DNA of 64,000 nt from an uncultured Myxococcales bacterium (GTDB lineage: Bacteria; Myxococcota_A; UBA9042): contig CAJBNH010000118.1 in the NCBI GenBank assembly GCA_903955385.1, forward strand, positions 36,045-100,044, in the 5' to 3' direction. Shown here piece after piece: positions 28,425-41,315 of this stretch. Positions within the stretch are counted from its first letter, which is position 1. Each line of letters opens with the position of its first letter. The notes beneath the pieces are model-generated. The model had not been told where the DNA came from. It saw only the letters and a list, made by a program, of their open reading frames with translations, and did not search any database. The translations under genes were made by a program, and so were the position numbers.

Positions 28425-30229
28425 GGCACCACCCCAAGTCCGGCCGCGGACTTGAAGTCACCCGTGGGGTCCTGGGGTAGGGCTGTCTCCGGGTCTACCG
28501 ACGTCAGCGGCAGGGACATGCGGAATGTGGTTCCCTCGCCCTCCGTGGACTCAAAGGTCAGCGTGCCGCTGTGCGCCAGCATGATCTGCCGCGAGATGTC
28601 GAGACCCAGCCCCAAGCCCTTGTCGCCCTTGGTCGAGAAGAACGGCTCGAACACCCGTGACGCAAGGTCGGCCGGGATGCCGCGCCCGTTGTCGTTCACC
28701 TGAACGACGGCGTGGTCGGCGGTGGTGGACAGCTGGATATCGATCTTGCCGCCCGTGGGCTGCACGGCGTCGACCGCGTTGCGGATCAGGTTGATCAGCA
28801 CCTGCCGGATGCGGTGGGCGTCCATGAACACGATCGGCCGCTCAGCGGGCTCAAAGCGGATGTCGGCCAACTTCACCGCACGGTCACACCGCAGAAAACG
28901 CAGCACACCTTCGATCACGCTAGCGAGATCGTGCGGAGCGATGTTGACCGAGGTCAGGCCACCGGCGGCGAACGACCGGATCTCGTCCACGAGACTCAGG
29001 ATGCGCTGCTGGGCCTCGAGCATGAGCTCGGCCGCCTCCTGAATCTCCTGATCTTCTTGATACTTCCGCGCAATCATGTCGGCCAGCATGAACGGACTGA
29101 GGTGGTTCTTCACCTCGTGCGCGATCCCGCTGGCCAGCCGGCCCAACATGCCCATGCGCTCGGACACGACCAGCCGCTCCTGCGTCGCCAGCAGCTGCTC
29201 TTGGGCCGCCTGCAGCTGGACGATCGCCCGCTCCCTCGCATGGGTCATGTCGATGTTTTCGATGGCGATACCGAGCATCGACGCGATGACCATCATCAGG
29301 TGCAGATCGTTCTCGTCGAAGCCCTCGAGCGTGCGGTTGTGCTCGACCTGAATCAGGCCCAGCAGACGCTCCCCTACTTGCACCGGCACCACCAGCAGCG
29401 AACGCAGGTTGTTCAGCACCACCGACTCGGCGGCCGAAAAGCGTTCGTCTGAGCTGGCATCTGCCGTGATGACGCCGCAGCGCTCCTTCAGCACCCAGTC
29501 CGCCACCGTCTTCGACAGCGTCAGCTCAGCTTCGGGCGAGGTGGGGCCCGTCCCGTCTCGGTAGCGCACGGTGCGGGGCACCAGGTCGCCGTCCTCGTCC
29601 AACAGCACGACGGCGCCCCGGTCGCCGTTGACCACCTGCAGCACCAGGTCCATCAGCCCCGGCATCATGTCGCCGAGCTCGGCGATCGGCTGAAGCGCCT
29701 TGCTGATCTCGTGCAGGATCGCGAAGTTACGCGTTTGCTGGCGCAGCTTCTCGAGCTTTTCGGCCGACGGGAAGCGATCGGTCTCCGATGCGCCAATGGC
29801 GTCGAACAGCGCTGCCGCGTTCAAACTGTCCAGGCGGGTGGAGATTGGCTGGACGGGCCGGACCAGGCGCGGATGCAGCGGCATCTCGTCTTGAATGACG
29901 CGCATGGAGGCTGAGTCGTAGCGCCGGTACGCCTCGACTGCGAACTGCGACGTCCCCAGACGAACGAGGTCACCGTGGAACAGCTGGATGCGCTCGATGC
30001 GCTGTCCATTCACAAACGTGCCGTTGTGACTCTGCAGGTCCTCGACGTACAGGTCGTCGCCTTCCAGCACGAAGCGCGAGTGCTCGCGGCTGATTCGGCG
30101 GTCGGGCACGAAAACGGCGCAGGTCGTCGAACGCCCCACAATCAACTCGTGGTCGATGCGAAAGACTTGGCCTTGCAGGTCCCCGCTCAGGACCCGCAAC
30201 GCTACTCTTGACTGCGCCCTGTGCCCCAT
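28421..30229 (-). CDS. Cytoplasmic FHA-GAF sensor histidine kinase
   Basis: FHA (GR..ISREH..DLQSHNGTFVNG), GAF, H-box GIAHEVKN, N-box QVLINLIRNA, DNGRG, FEPFFSTK, GLGLGL. Confidence 0.92.
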   Translation of the reverse strand: MGHRAQSRVALRVLSGDLQGQVFRIDHELIVGRSTTCAVFVPDRRISREHSRFVLEGDDLYVEDLQSHNGTFVNGQRIERIQLFHGDLVRLGTSQFAVEAYRRYDSASMRVIQDEMPLHPRLVRPVQPISTRLDSLNAAALFDAIGASETDRFPSAEKLEKLRQQTRNFAILHEISKALQPIAELGDMMPGLMDLVLQVVNGDRGAVVLLDEDGDLVPRTVRYRDGTGPTSPEAELTLSKTVADWVLKERCGVITADASSDERFSAAESVVLNNLRSLLVVPVQVGERLLGLIQVEHNRTLEGFDENDLHLMMVIASMLGIAIENIDMTHARERAIVQLQAAQEQLLATQERLVVSERMGMLGRLASGIAHEVKNHLSPFMLADMIARKYQEDQEIQEAAELMLEAQQRILSLVDEIRSFAAGGLTSVNIAPHDLASVIEGVLRFLRCDRAVKLADIRFEPAERPIVFMDAHRIRQVLINLIRNAVDAVQPTGGKIDIQLSTTADHAVVQVNDNGRGIPADLASRVFEPFFSTKGDKGLGLGLDISRQIMLAHSGTLTFESTEGEGTTFRMSLPLTSVDPETALPQDPTGDFKSAAGLGVVP

Positions 30230-30412
30230 GCGCCTCCGCGCGTGCCTGTGCCGACGTATCGGTCGATGCTAGGCGTGGGCGGCGATCGTGTAAAGCAGTC
30301 ATCAGCACGCACGCAGAACCCGAAACGCCCGCGATTTTCTTTGACCTCGCTGGGGGTCCGTTATCATGGGCCGAATGGGGAACTTCCCCCGGCCGATCGG
30401 CGTGGAGTGCGC

Positions 30413-31189
30413 GTGTCCGACGAAGTGCCGATCCTGCAGGTGACGGGTCTGCACAAGTCGTTCGGCGACCAGCAGGTGCTGCGCGGCGTCGACTTGCGCA
30501 TCGAGACCGGCCTCATCACCGTCATCATCGGCGGGTCGGGCAGCGGCAAAAGCGTGCTGATCAAGCATCTGGTCGCACTGCTGCGGCCCGATCAGGGACA
30601 AGTGCTCTTTCACGGACGCGACCTGTTCACCATGCGCCACGACGAGGTCCTGCAAGCGCGGCGACACTTCGGCATGCTGTTTCAGAATTCGGCCCTGTTC
30701 GACTCGATGAGCGTGTTCGACAATGTCGCCTTTCCACTGCGAGAGCATCGCAAGCTGTCTCGGGCCGACGAACGCGAGTTGGTCATCTCTCGTCTGGAGG
30801 AGTTGAACCTGTTCAATGTCGAACACAAGTTCCCGTCTGAGCTCAGCGGCGGCATGCGCAAGCGCGTGGCATTGGCGCGGGCCACCGTGCTCGGTCCGGA
30901 GATCCTGATCTACGACGAACCTACGACGGGTCTGGACCCCGTGATGATCGCACAGGTCGACGACATGATCGCAGAGACGCAAGAGCGCCACCACGTAACG
31001 TCGGTCGTCATTTCTCATGACATGGCCAGCACGTTCCGCATCGCTCACCGCATCGCCGCGCTGCACGATGGCGTGATCGTCGACTACGGCACCCCCGACC
31101 ACATGCGCAGCAGCCACCACCCCGTGGTGCGCGCCTTCATCGAGACCAGCGGCACCAGCGGCCGCCGGACTGCGGAGGCCGAACGGTGA
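30413..31189 (+). CDS. mlaF: MlaF/Mkl-type ABC ATPase
   Basis: GGSGSGKS, LFQNSALFDSM, LSGGMRKRVALARA, YDEPTTGLDP. Confidence 0.9.
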   Translation: MSDEVPILQVTGLHKSFGDQQVLRGVDLRIETGLITVIIGGSGSGKSVLIKHLVALLRPDQGQVLFHGRDLFTMRHDEVLQARRHFGMLFQNSALFDSMSVFDNVAFPLREHRKLSRADERELVISRLEELNLFNVEHKFPSELSGGMRKRVALARATVLGPEILIYDEPTTGLDPVMIAQVDDMIAETQERHHVTSVVISHDMASTFRIAHRIAALHDGVIVDYGTPDHMRSSHHPVVRAFIETSGTSGRRTAEAER

Positions 31190-32814
31190 AGAACCTGCGC
31201 GCCACGGTCGCCGTCGGCCTCCTCGCCATCGCCACCGTCGTTCTGGTCGTGATTGGCGTGGCGTACTCGAACCGCGGCGTCACCAGCGGCGGCGATACCT
31301 ATCGACTCATCGCGATGTTCGACGACGTCACCGGCATTGCGGCTGGCACCAAGGTCACCATCGCCGGCTACACGGTCGGGCAAGTCGACGACATCCACCT
31401 CAAGGGCCACCAGGTCCGCGTGACGTTGCTGGTGCGCAATCTGGTCGTGGCGTACGCGGGCGTGATCGACCCGCAGTCGGGGAATCTGCGCAACGCGGCC
31501 CTGCTGACGCGGCGCGAAGCCTCGCTGCTGGGCGACTACTACCTCGAACTGACACCCGGTGCCGGTGGGCCGATCCTGAAGGAAGGCGACGAGATCCCGA
31601 TCGTGGTCACGGCCACGGCGATGCAGGCGACGCTGCAGAAGCTCGAGACCGCCGCCAACATCGTGCCGAAGATCGACAAGATCGCGGGCGACGTGGCGCT
31701 GATCACGAACAACGCGGCCAAGGTCTTGGGGTCGGACCAAGGTGCCAAGCGGTTCGAGGAGATCGCCGACAACCTGGTCAAGGCCAGCCGCGAGCTGACG
31801 CTGACGACCGAGAATCTGCGCCAGCGCCTCAGTGAAGGCACCCTGGCCCCCGGTGGCGACCTGGATCGCGGAGTCAGGGGCTTTGCCGACACCGTTGCCA
31901 AGATCAACCGCATGGCCGACGGGTTGTCGGGGCAGGTGACCAAGGGCGCCAACAGTGCCAACCGCAGCCTCGCCAACATCGAGGTCGTGACCACCACCGT
32001 GCGCGACATCGTGGGCCGCAATACAGGGGAGTTCGACTCTACCGTGGCTTCGGTCACCGCGCTGCTGAAGCGTCTGGACGGCACGCTTGCGCGACTGGAC
32101 CGCGTCGTGGCTGAGGTCGAAACCACCACCCAGCACGTCGCCGAAGGCAAGGGCACGGTGGGACGGCTGCTGCACGACGAGACGCTGGTGCGGTCGGCCG
32201 AAGAGGTGATGGGCGACGCCAAGGCGCTGCTGGATCGCTATACGGCGCTTGAGGTTGGCGTGGACTACCGGGTCGCGGCCTACGCCGAGCGCGTGCAGTA
32301 TGCCCACCAGCTCGCGTGGCAATCGCACCTGAGCCTGCGTCTGCAGCCGCGCAAGGACATGTACGTGCTGGCCACCCTGACCAGCGACAATGTGGGGCGC
32401 AAGCTGACGCGGGTCACGACGGGTACCCAGGGCCAGGAGCCGCTGCTGACGGACACGTACCTCCAGGAAGACACCCAGTTCAAGTTCGGCGTGCAGTACG
32501 CACGGCGGTTTGGCTTCGTGACGCTGCGCGGCGGTCTAATCGAGTCCAGCGCGGGCGGCGGCATGGACGTGCACGCGTTCGCCGACCGCGTGATGCTGTC
32601 GGCCGACCTGTTCCGTTTCGACGAGAGCTCGCGGCCCCGACTGCGCGCGGTGCTGCTGGTCGAGTTCTACAAGTACCTGTTCGCTTGGGCGGGTGGCGAC
32701 GAGCTGATGTACCCCAGCACCCGCGCCGACCTGTTCTATGGCCTGGGCGTGCGTTTCGCCGACGACGACTTGAAGATCCTGTTCGCCAGCGCCCCGTCGA
32801 TCTCGACCAAGTAG
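31186..32814 (+). CDS. mlaD: Long MCE/MlaD family protein
   Basis: N-terminal TM; FDDVTGI..KVTIAGYTVGQV..SLLGDYYLELTPG; long helical region; beta-rich C-terminus. Confidence 0.85.
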   Translation: MKNLRATVAVGLLAIATVVLVVIGVAYSNRGVTSGGDTYRLIAMFDDVTGIAAGTKVTIAGYTVGQVDDIHLKGHQVRVTLLVRNLVVAYAGVIDPQSGNLRNAALLTRREASLLGDYYLELTPGAGGPILKEGDEIPIVVTATAMQATLQKLETAANIVPKIDKIAGDVALITNNAAKVLGSDQGAKRFEEIADNLVKASRELTLTTENLRQRLSEGTLAPGGDLDRGVRGFADTVAKINRMADGLSGQVTKGANSANRSLANIEVVTTTVRDIVGRNTGEFDSTVASVTALLKRLDGTLARLDRVVAEVETTTQHVAEGKGTVGRLLHDETLVRSAEEVMGDAKALLDRYTALEVGVDYRVAAYAERVQYAHQLAWQSHLSLRLQPRKDMYVLATLTSDNVGRKLTRVTTGTQGQEPLLTDTYLQEDTQFKFGVQYARRFGFVTLRGGLIESSAGGGMDVHAFADRVMLSADLFRFDESSRPRLRAVLLVEFYKYLFAWAGGDELMYPSTRADLFYGLGVRFADDDLKILFASAPSISTK

Positions 32815-32830
32815 CTGACGCAAGCCCTCG

Positions 32831-34027
32831 TCACGCCTGCACAATCTCCACCGCTTGGTTCCACCGCAGCAGCGCCAGCGCGACCAGCTTGGCGCGCTCA
32901 GCCACCGTGTGACGGCGAACCTTCTCGTCGTGGGTGTGCGGGTGCTCGCCGACCGGCCCCAGACCGTCGACGGTTGGAATCCCCAGCGCGGCCGTAAAGT
33001 TGGCGTCGCTGCCGCCGCCTGTGTCCTCGGCGCCGACGTCCTGATCGAACTCCCGTGCGACCGCCTGAAAGTGCGCAACTGCACGGTCGGACTGCGCAGA
33101 GCGCTGCCACGGCGGCCGCCCCACGCCCCCCAGAATGTCCACGCTCGCTCCCGGCACCGGCGGTTGGCTGCACAGCGCGCGGATGGCCGCGTCGACGCGC
33201 TCGCCTTCCTCAACCGTCAGGATCCGCAGATCGACCTCGATCTTCGCCTCATCGGGGACCACGTTGCGCTTGGTGCCGCCGCGGATCACGCCGACATTGA
33301 CGGTCGTGCCATGCGCGGGGTCGTTCAGCTTTGCCAGCGCCAACACCAGATGCGCCATGCCGACAATGGCGTTGACGCCCGCCGACGGGTCCATGCCCGC
33401 GTGCGCCGACTTGCCCCGCACCGTGATGAAGTAGCGCCCCACGCCTGCCCGCGACCGCACCAACGCCCCGGTCTTGCGGCCGATCTCGAAGTCCAGCGCC
33501 AGGTCGCGGTCGACCGCCAGCTGCTGAATCAGGTCGCGCGAGGTCGGCGACTGCACCTCTTCGTCCGCATTGTGGAAACAGACCCAGTCGAACGCGTCCA
33601 GCTGCCGCACGGCCTGCAGCGCCTCCAGAGCCGCCTGCGCCACCACCAGCCCGCCCTTCATGTCGCCCACGCCGGGACCGCACAGCCACTCCCCCTGCTG
33701 GGTAAACGACAGAAACGTCGAGGTGCTGTCGTACACGGTATCGAAGTGCCCTAGCATCAGGATCTTGGGGGCCGTCTTGCCGACCTGAGGCTTGGCCGGC
33801 CGCCGCGCGATCAGGTGAACCATGTCGCCCGGCCGCGCAACCCGCTCGCAGGCAAAGCCCAACCGCTCGTAAACGCGCTGCAGCTGCTCCAGACAGGTCA
33901 GGCGGCCAGCGGGGTTGTCCAAGCCACTGTTGACGTCGACCAAAGCGCGCAGGCGCTCGATCAGCTGGGGCTCGTTGCGGTCGAGGAACTCGATGACCTG
34001 GCTGTCCAAGCGGGGGTCGGGGGACAT
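32831..34027 (-). CDS. M20 metallopeptidase (glutamate carboxypeptidase-like)
   Basis: GHFDTV, GPGVGDMKGG, DEE, GKSAHAG, GGGSDAN, HTHDE. Confidence 0.9.
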   Translation of the reverse strand: MSPDPRLDSQVIEFLDRNEPQLIERLRALVDVNSGLDNPAGRLTCLEQLQRVYERLGFACERVARPGDMVHLIARRPAKPQVGKTAPKILMLGHFDTVYDSTSTFLSFTQQGEWLCGPGVGDMKGGLVVAQAALEALQAVRQLDAFDWVCFHNADEEVQSPTSRDLIQQLAVDRDLALDFEIGRKTGALVRSRAGVGRYFITVRGKSAHAGMDPSAGVNAIVGMAHLVLALAKLNDPAHGTTVNVGVIRGGTKRNVVPDEAKIEVDLRILTVEEGERVDAAIRALCSQPPVPGASVDILGGVGRPPWQRSAQSDRAVAHFQAVAREFDQDVGAEDTGGGSDANFTAALGIPTVDGLGPVGEHPHTHDEKVRRHTVAERAKLVALALLRWNQAVEIVQA

Positions 34028-34073
34028 GGTTCTCCTGCACGATGGTTCGAGTGGTCGGGAAGGTTGGGCGGGT

Positions 34074-34658
34074 TCAGGACTCAGCGAGCAACGCGATCTT
34101 TTGGAACACAGGCACCCGCTCCACGGCGGTCTCGCGCAGCTCGCCGTCGCTCTCCAGGTAGATGGTCCCTTCTGTGATCGTCACGTTCCACGCCATGTTG
34201 CGGCTGCCAACAGTCTCGAGCCACTGCATGAAGGCGGGGTCGATCAGGTGAATCTCCAGATGCTCGAGATGCCGCGGACGCTCGTTGGTCACCTCGACGC
34301 GGAAGCGCTCGGCCTCTTCGCGGTCCACGAACAACGCCAGAAAGCGAGCCGCCTTGTGATGCCCCAGCGCCCGGATGACCCGCTTCATCGGCGGACAGCC
34401 GCACTCGACCCACATGACCAGATCCCCAGTCAGATCGAGCGCTTGCAGATCCGGCTCGTGCAAGTCGGTAAAGCCCGACCGGTCGGTCAACGCGTCATCG
34501 TAGAAGAGCACGTGCGCCAGAAAGCGCAGCAGGATGTGCTCGTCGGGCTCGTCGGGGTTCTGCGCGCAAACGAGGGTGCGCTGACCGTAGACGCCGCGGT
34601 CAAGGTCGCTAAGGGTCAACCGCACCTGACATCGAAACGGAACGTTGCCCATGGGCAC
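34074..34658 (-). CDS. yaeQ: YaeQ family protein
   Basis: LSDLDRGVY..AQNPDE..RFLA..EPDL..DLTG..WVECG. Confidence 0.82.
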   Translation of the reverse strand: MPMGNVPFRCQVRLTLSDLDRGVYGQRTLVCAQNPDEPDEHILLRFLAHVLFYDDALTDRSGFTDLHEPDLQALDLTGDLVMWVECGCPPMKRVIRALGHHKAARFLALFVDREEAERFRVEVTNERPRHLEHLEIHLIDPAFMQWLETVGSRNMAWNVTITEGTIYLESDGELRETAVERVPVFQKIALLAES

Positions 34659-34724
34659 GCCTCCACAGGGCCGGGGAGTCTAGCCCTGTCGGTGCTCGGG
34701 GACAACGCGAGGAGAAAGGCGGAC

Positions 34725-35474
34725 CTACTCGTCGCCGACCAACGCCGCCTTCAGGTAATCGCGGTTCAGCTCTGCGATAACGCGCACGCTGATCTCCTTG
34801 GGGCAGACCGCTTCGCACTCGAAGTAGTTGGAGCACGAGCCGAAGCCCTCTGCGTCTGCCTGAGCGATCATGTTCAGCACGCGGCGCTGGCGCTCGGGCT
34901 GACCTTGGGGCAGATGAGCGAGCTGGCTGACCTTGGCGCCGATGAACAGCATGGCCGACGCGTTCTTGCAGGCCGCGACACACGCGCCGCAGCCAATGCA
35001 GGACGCAGCGTCCATCGCCAAGTCCGCGTGCTTCTTGGCGATTGGCAACGCGTTGGCGTCAGGCGTGCCGCCGGTCGAGACCGACACGAAGCCGCCAGCC
35101 GCGATGATGCGGTCGAACGAGCCGCGGTCGACGACCAGGTCGCGGATCATCGGAAACGCCTTCGAGCGGAACGGCTCGATGGTGATGGTCTCGCCGTCCT
35201 TGAAGTGCCGCATGTGCAGCTGGCAGGTGGTGGTGGCGCGCTCCTTGCCGTGCGGCAGCCCGTTGATGACGAGCGAACACATGCCGCAGATGCCCTCGCG
35301 GCAGTCGTGATCGAACGCAACGGGCTCGTCGCCCTTGTCGATCAGCCGCTCGTTGACCACGTCGAGCATCTCGAGGAACGACATGTCCTCGCTGATGCCG
35401 GGCGCGTCGTACGAGACCATGCCGCCCTTGTCGTTGCCGTCCTTCTGACGCCAGATCTTCAGCGTGAGGTTCAT
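34725..35474 (-). CDS. sdhB: Succinate dehydrogenase/fumarate reductase Fe-S subunit
   Basis: [36 protein letters not shown]. Confidence 0.95.
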   Translation of the reverse strand: MNLTLKIWRQKDGNDKGGMVSYDAPGISEDMSFLEMLDVVNERLIDKGDEPVAFDHDCREGICGMCSLVINGLPHGKERATTTCQLHMRHFKDGETITIEPFRSKAFPMIRDLVVDRGSFDRIIAAGGFVSVSTGGTPDANALPIAKKHADLAMDAASCIGCGACVAACKNASAMLFIGAKVSQLAHLPQGQPERQRRVLNMIAQADAEGFGSCSNYFECEAVCPKEISVRVIAELNRDYLKAALVGDE

Positions 35475-35485
35475 CGCGTGGCTCC

Positions 35486-37399
<1,914 letters not shown>

Positions 37400-37484
37400 C
37401 TCAGTTCCCCCGTGGCCTTGGCGAATCGTCGCGGTCGGCCGGGTGCGGAGGGCGCACTTCGCGCCCCCCAGTTGGTTCGGTGGG

Positions 37485-38198
37485 CTACAGCACGTCCTTG
37501 AACGGCCCCAGGTTCAGCAGGATCGCGAGCGGCATCGAGACGTTGCCCAGCATCACGACCCAAGCCAGCACCTGCCCGGCACGCGTCAGCAGCGGCCGGT
37601 ACTGATCGTTCACGATGCCGGTTGTCTGGAACACGCTGGCGACGCCGTGATGCAGGTGCGTGCCCAGCAACAGCATCAGCACGATGTAGGAACCGCCGTT
37701 CGCCGGGTCGCGGAAGCCGTGCACGACCATCGCGTACACGTCCTTGGGAGCGGTGGGATCGACGCCCTCGATCGGGATACCGCCCAGCGTGAAGTGCAGC
37801 AGGTGGTAGCCAAGGAACAGCAGCATCGCCACGCCCGTCCACCGCATCGTGCGCGACGAGATCGAGGCCTTGGCGGTAGCTTCGTTGACGTACTTCACAG
37901 GGCGCGCAGCCCAGGCACGCAGGGTCAGTCGCCAAGCCGACCACACGTGCGCGACCAGCGACGCGAAGATCACGGAGCGAACGACCCAAAGACCGGCCCC
38001 GAGTCCCTGCAAGAACTCTGCGTACTTGTTCAACTTCTCAGGTCCGGAATAGACCTGCAGGTTGCCGACCAAGTGGCCGAGCACGAACAGCACGAGCACA
38101 AGGCCAGACAGCGCCATCAGGAACTTCTGGCCGACGGTGGAGGTCAAGCGGTGGCCCAGACGGCCGAGCCCGGCAGACTGAACAGCGGCGGATTCCAT
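37485..38198 (-). CDS. sdhC: Succinate dehydrogenase cytochrome b subunit
   Basis: [19 protein letters not shown], five TM helices with heme-ligand His residues. Confidence 0.92.
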   Translation of the reverse strand: MESAAVQSAGLGRLGHRLTSTVGQKFLMALSGLVLVLFVLGHLVGNLQVYSGPEKLNKYAEFLQGLGAGLWVVRSVIFASLVAHVWSAWRLTLRAWAARPVKYVNEATAKASISSRTMRWTGVAMLLFLGYHLLHFTLGGIPIEGVDPTAPKDVYAMVVHGFRDPANGGSYIVLMLLLGTHLHHGVASVFQTTGIVNDQYRPLLTRAGQVLAWVVMLGNVSMPLAILLNLGPFKDVL

Positions 38199-38405
38199 GC
38201 GGTCTCCTTGGTCGAATACGGCAACGCGACATCGAGCGGTCGATGCCGCGCGGGTGCGGTCTCGCTGCAGAGCGGGCCGCCGGAAAGGGACGAGGCAGGC
38301 GCGAAAGGCGGGGTGAGACCCGATGCCCCCACACCGGTACGGCAAGGGGCAATCCTGCCGCCGCCCGGAGCCCTCGACAAGCCCCGGACGGCAGCAGGAC
38401 GCAGA

Positions 38406-39392
38406 CTACTTGAGCAGGTCGGCGACGACGGCGCGCTCCTGCAAGAGTTCCTCGACCGTCAGCTTGGTCTTTTCCTTGGCCCAGTCCGTCGCCGGCAGGC
38501 CCTGAACGATGCTGTAGCCGCCCTTGCCGTCCGAGGTGACCGGGAACGACGAGTAGATGCCCTCAGCCACGCGGTAGGACCCGTCGGACCACACGGCCGC
38601 CGAGAACCACTCGCCCGCGGGCGTGGCGCGCTCGAAGTCCTTGATGTGGTCGATGGCCGCCGACGCTGCCGAGGCCGCGCTGGACTTGCCACGGGCCGCG
38701 ATGATCGCCTTGCCGCGGTTCTGCACGCTCTTGAGGAAATCGCCGCGCAGCCACTCGTGGTCGGTGATGATCTCGGTGACCGGGCGACCCTTGATCGTCG
38801 CGTTCTCGAAGTCCGGGTACATCGACTCGCTGTGGTTGCCCCAGATCGCCAGATTCGCCACGTCCGCGTTGGTGACGCCGGCCTTCTGCGCCAGCTGGGC
38901 GACCGCGCGGTTCTGGTCCAGGCGGGTCATCGCGCCAAAACGCTCCTTGGGAATCGAGCAGTTCGAGGCGGCGATCAGGCAGTTCGTGTTGCACGGGTTG
39001 CCGACAACCAGGACGCGCAGGTCCTTGGCGCCGCGCTCCAGAGCCTTGCCCTGACCGACGAAGATGGGGCCGTTCTCCTTGATCAGGTCGGCGCGCGCCA
39101 TGCCCGGACCACGGGGCTTGGAGCCGACCAGCACGGCCCAGGACACGCCATTGAAGGCCACGTTCTCGTCGCTGGTGCACTCGATGCCCGCCAGCGACTT
39201 GAAGCCGCAGTCGGCCAGCTCCATCGCGACGCCTTCAAGCGCCTTCTGCACTTCGGGAATCGGCAGGTCGAGCAGCTGCAGAATGACCTTGCGATCCGGA
39301 CCAAACGTCTCGCCGGACGCCAGGCGGAACAACAGGCTGTAGCCGATCTGGCCGGATGCACCGGTGACGGCGACGCGAATCGGGCTGGTCAT
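38406..39392 (-). CDS. mdh: Malate dehydrogenase
   Basis: [49 protein letters not shown]. Confidence 0.96.
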   Translation of the reverse strand: MTSPIRVAVTGASGQIGYSLLFRLASGETFGPDRKVILQLLDLPIPEVQKALEGVAMELADCGFKSLAGIECTSDENVAFNGVSWAVLVGSKPRGPGMARADLIKENGPIFVGQGKALERGAKDLRVLVVGNPCNTNCLIAASNCSIPKERFGAMTRLDQNRAVAQLAQKAGVTNADVANLAIWGNHSESMYPDFENATIKGRPVTEIITDHEWLRGDFLKSVQNRGKAIIAARGKSSAASAASAAIDHIKDFERATPAGEWFSAAVWSDGSYRVAEGIYSSFPVTSDGKGGYSIVQGLPATDWAKEKTKLTVEELLQERAVVADLLK

Positions 39393-39558
39393 GGAATCCC
39401 CCTTGATTGGTGAGCGCACCTGGGTGTTGGAAGTCGGTCGCAACGCGGAACCGACGAAAAACGCGTCAGCGGCCCCGCACAACCGCGAGCCGGGACGACG
39501 AGATAGAGCGAAGAATTGAACCGGAACCGTGCCGGCTGGCCCCCGCCAGAAGGTCGAG

Positions 39559-39586
39559 ATCATCCCGGGGGACGGGTTCTTGTCAA
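39559..39586 (-). promoter_or_regulatory. Putative sigma70 promoter of mdh(-sdh)
   Basis: Minus strand TTGACA-16 nt-GATGAT. Confidence 0.4.
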
Positions 39587-39639
39587 GGGCCGACCGCGTT
39601 TGCCGACAAATCGGCGCGGGGACCAAACGACAGATCCGC

Positions 39640-40110
39640 TCAACCCACAGGTTCTTCAGAGGAACTCAATGGACCTTGAGGTCGGGATCTGTTCAAGGCG
39701 TCGGCCTCGAGCAGCGCCGTCGCACGCACCTCGACCGCCTCGGCGCAGATCTGCCCGCGCAGGAACACGCGGCGCCCGGTGAAGTCGATCTCCTCCCAGT
39801 CTGGCCCCGTGAACGGGTCGCGGTCCTCGCGCAGATGCTCGTCGAAGCGTTCCCCCAGCAGATCCAGCAGCAGGTCGACCGCCTGACGCTCGCGCAGCTT
39901 CTCGCGTTTGAGGTCCACGCGCGCCTCAACCGGATACACGCGCTTTCTCTCCGCGTCCGCCAGCTCCCACCGCATCGACAGCCAGTCCGCCTCGACGGAA
40001 GCACTCACGGCGATCCGCTCATCGCGCCGCAGCCGCCCCAGGAACAGCTCGTGCAGCATCCGCTCGATGCGCCGCGCCTCAAATTCACCGATCACCTCGC
40101 GCGCTGCCAT
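39640..40110 (-). CDS. Hypothetical protein
   Basis: 156 aa, GGGAG RBS, host-like codon usage, follows the upstream gene by 12 bp. Confidence 0.7.
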   Translation of the reverse strand: MAAREVIGEFEARRIERMLHELFLGRLRRDERIAVSASVEADWLSMRWELADAERKRVYPVEARVDLKREKLRERQAVDLLLDLLGERFDEHLREDRDPFTGPDWEEIDFTGRRVFLRGQICAEAVEVRATALLEADALNRSRPQGPLSSSEEPVG

Positions 40111-40122
40111 CCCGCGTTCTCC

Positions 40123-40917
40123 CTACAGCCGCCACCACAGGTCCAGCACCGGAAAGACCGTCCAGCGCGACACCGAAGTCTCGCCGACCAACTCGCCCAT
40201 CATGAACTCGCCCACCGTCACGCCGGCCAGCAGGTGGAAGCGCCCGAAATCATGCAGCCATGCAACTGTATATGTCGGCGTGTCGATCGACTGCCGCGAG
40301 ATGTCCCAGCGGCCCAGCGCCGTCGCCATCAGCAGATCTGACTCCGTCAGCAATCCGTGCAGCTCGATCGTGCCAGAGACGCCGTGCCCGGTGGTGCTGC
40401 AAGATCGCCCGTCGATCGCCCGCGCCGCCACACACGAGTCCTCGGGAGGCAGCCCCAGCCGCACGTGGTATGAGCTCCCGAGCGTCAATCCCAGCCTCCG
40501 CTCCGGGTACCAGGTGCCGACAGGCCCCACCGTGATCTCGCCGGGAGACGAGCGCGCCTGCTCCGACAGCGCCGCACTGCCGAAAAACGACTGCTTGTAC
40601 GACGCTGCCCCCGACAGCACCCAGGTCCGAGCCTCTTCCAACCGATAGCGCCCCGCGACATTCGGCACCAGCAGCAGCGCCAGGACGGGGTGCGACTGAA
40701 TCGTGAAGCGGTCGGTGACGCCATAAGCGATCGGCGAAACCACACCGAACGTCAGCGCCCCCTGCTCCAGCACCTGCGCGGTCCCCATCGTCACAGATTG
40801 CACACTCTTCCACTCGGCAGCCGCCACGCACGGCCACGCCAGCAACACCGCGGCAAACACCCCGCAAGACACCCGCAACCACCTACCCACGCAGGACTTT
40901 TTGGTTTCTTCCGGCAT
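40123..40917 (-). CDS. Hypothetical secreted, possibly outer-membrane beta-barrel, protein
   Basis: Signal peptide ending AAA; amphipathic beta strands; ends PVLDLWWRL. Confidence 0.6.
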   Translation of the reverse strand: MPEETKKSCVGRWLRVSCGVFAAVLLAWPCVAAAEWKSVQSVTMGTAQVLEQGALTFGVVSPIAYGVTDRFTIQSHPVLALLLVPNVAGRYRLEEARTWVLSGAASYKQSFFGSAALSEQARSSPGEITVGPVGTWYPERRLGLTLGSSYHVRLGLPPEDSCVAARAIDGRSCSTTGHGVSGTIELHGLLTESDLLMATALGRWDISRQSIDTPTYTVAWLHDFGRFHLLAGVTVGEFMMGELVGETSVSRWTVFPVLDLWWRL

Positions 40918-41238
40918 GTTGGCCCGGCTCCCGGCCGCCAAGAGCAGCACGTGGCGCAGCGTAGGCGATCGGCGCGGGAAGGCAAAAGCCCGCCCCGTAC
41001 GAGCACAAAATGGAGCAGACCAAACCGATTGCAGGCTTGACATCACAGGTTTCCTTCCCTAGCCTACCGTTCCCCGAACGGGTCCCGCCGCCTTCCGGTT
41101 GCGAGTTCCGCTTGGGGCGACAGCAGGGAACGCCCAGCGGACCCGCGAAGTCGATGTACCCGCTAGAGAAGGTCGAGGAAGGACTCGGGGCAGGACAGGC
41201 TGGGTGTCGATCGCGCAACGCGAACACGGCACCAGGAC

Positions 41239-41315
41239 AGGCGCGTAGCTCAGTTGGTTAGAGCACCACGTTGACATCGTGGGGGTCAGCGGTTCAAATC
41301 CGCTCGTGCCTACCA
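41239..41315 (+). tRNA. tRNA-Val(GAC)
   Basis: AGGCGCG/CGTGCCT acceptor stem, TAGCTCAGTTGGTTAGAGC D arm, CCACG-TTGACAT-CGTGG anticodon arm, GGTTCAAATCC, encoded CCA. Confidence 0.97.
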
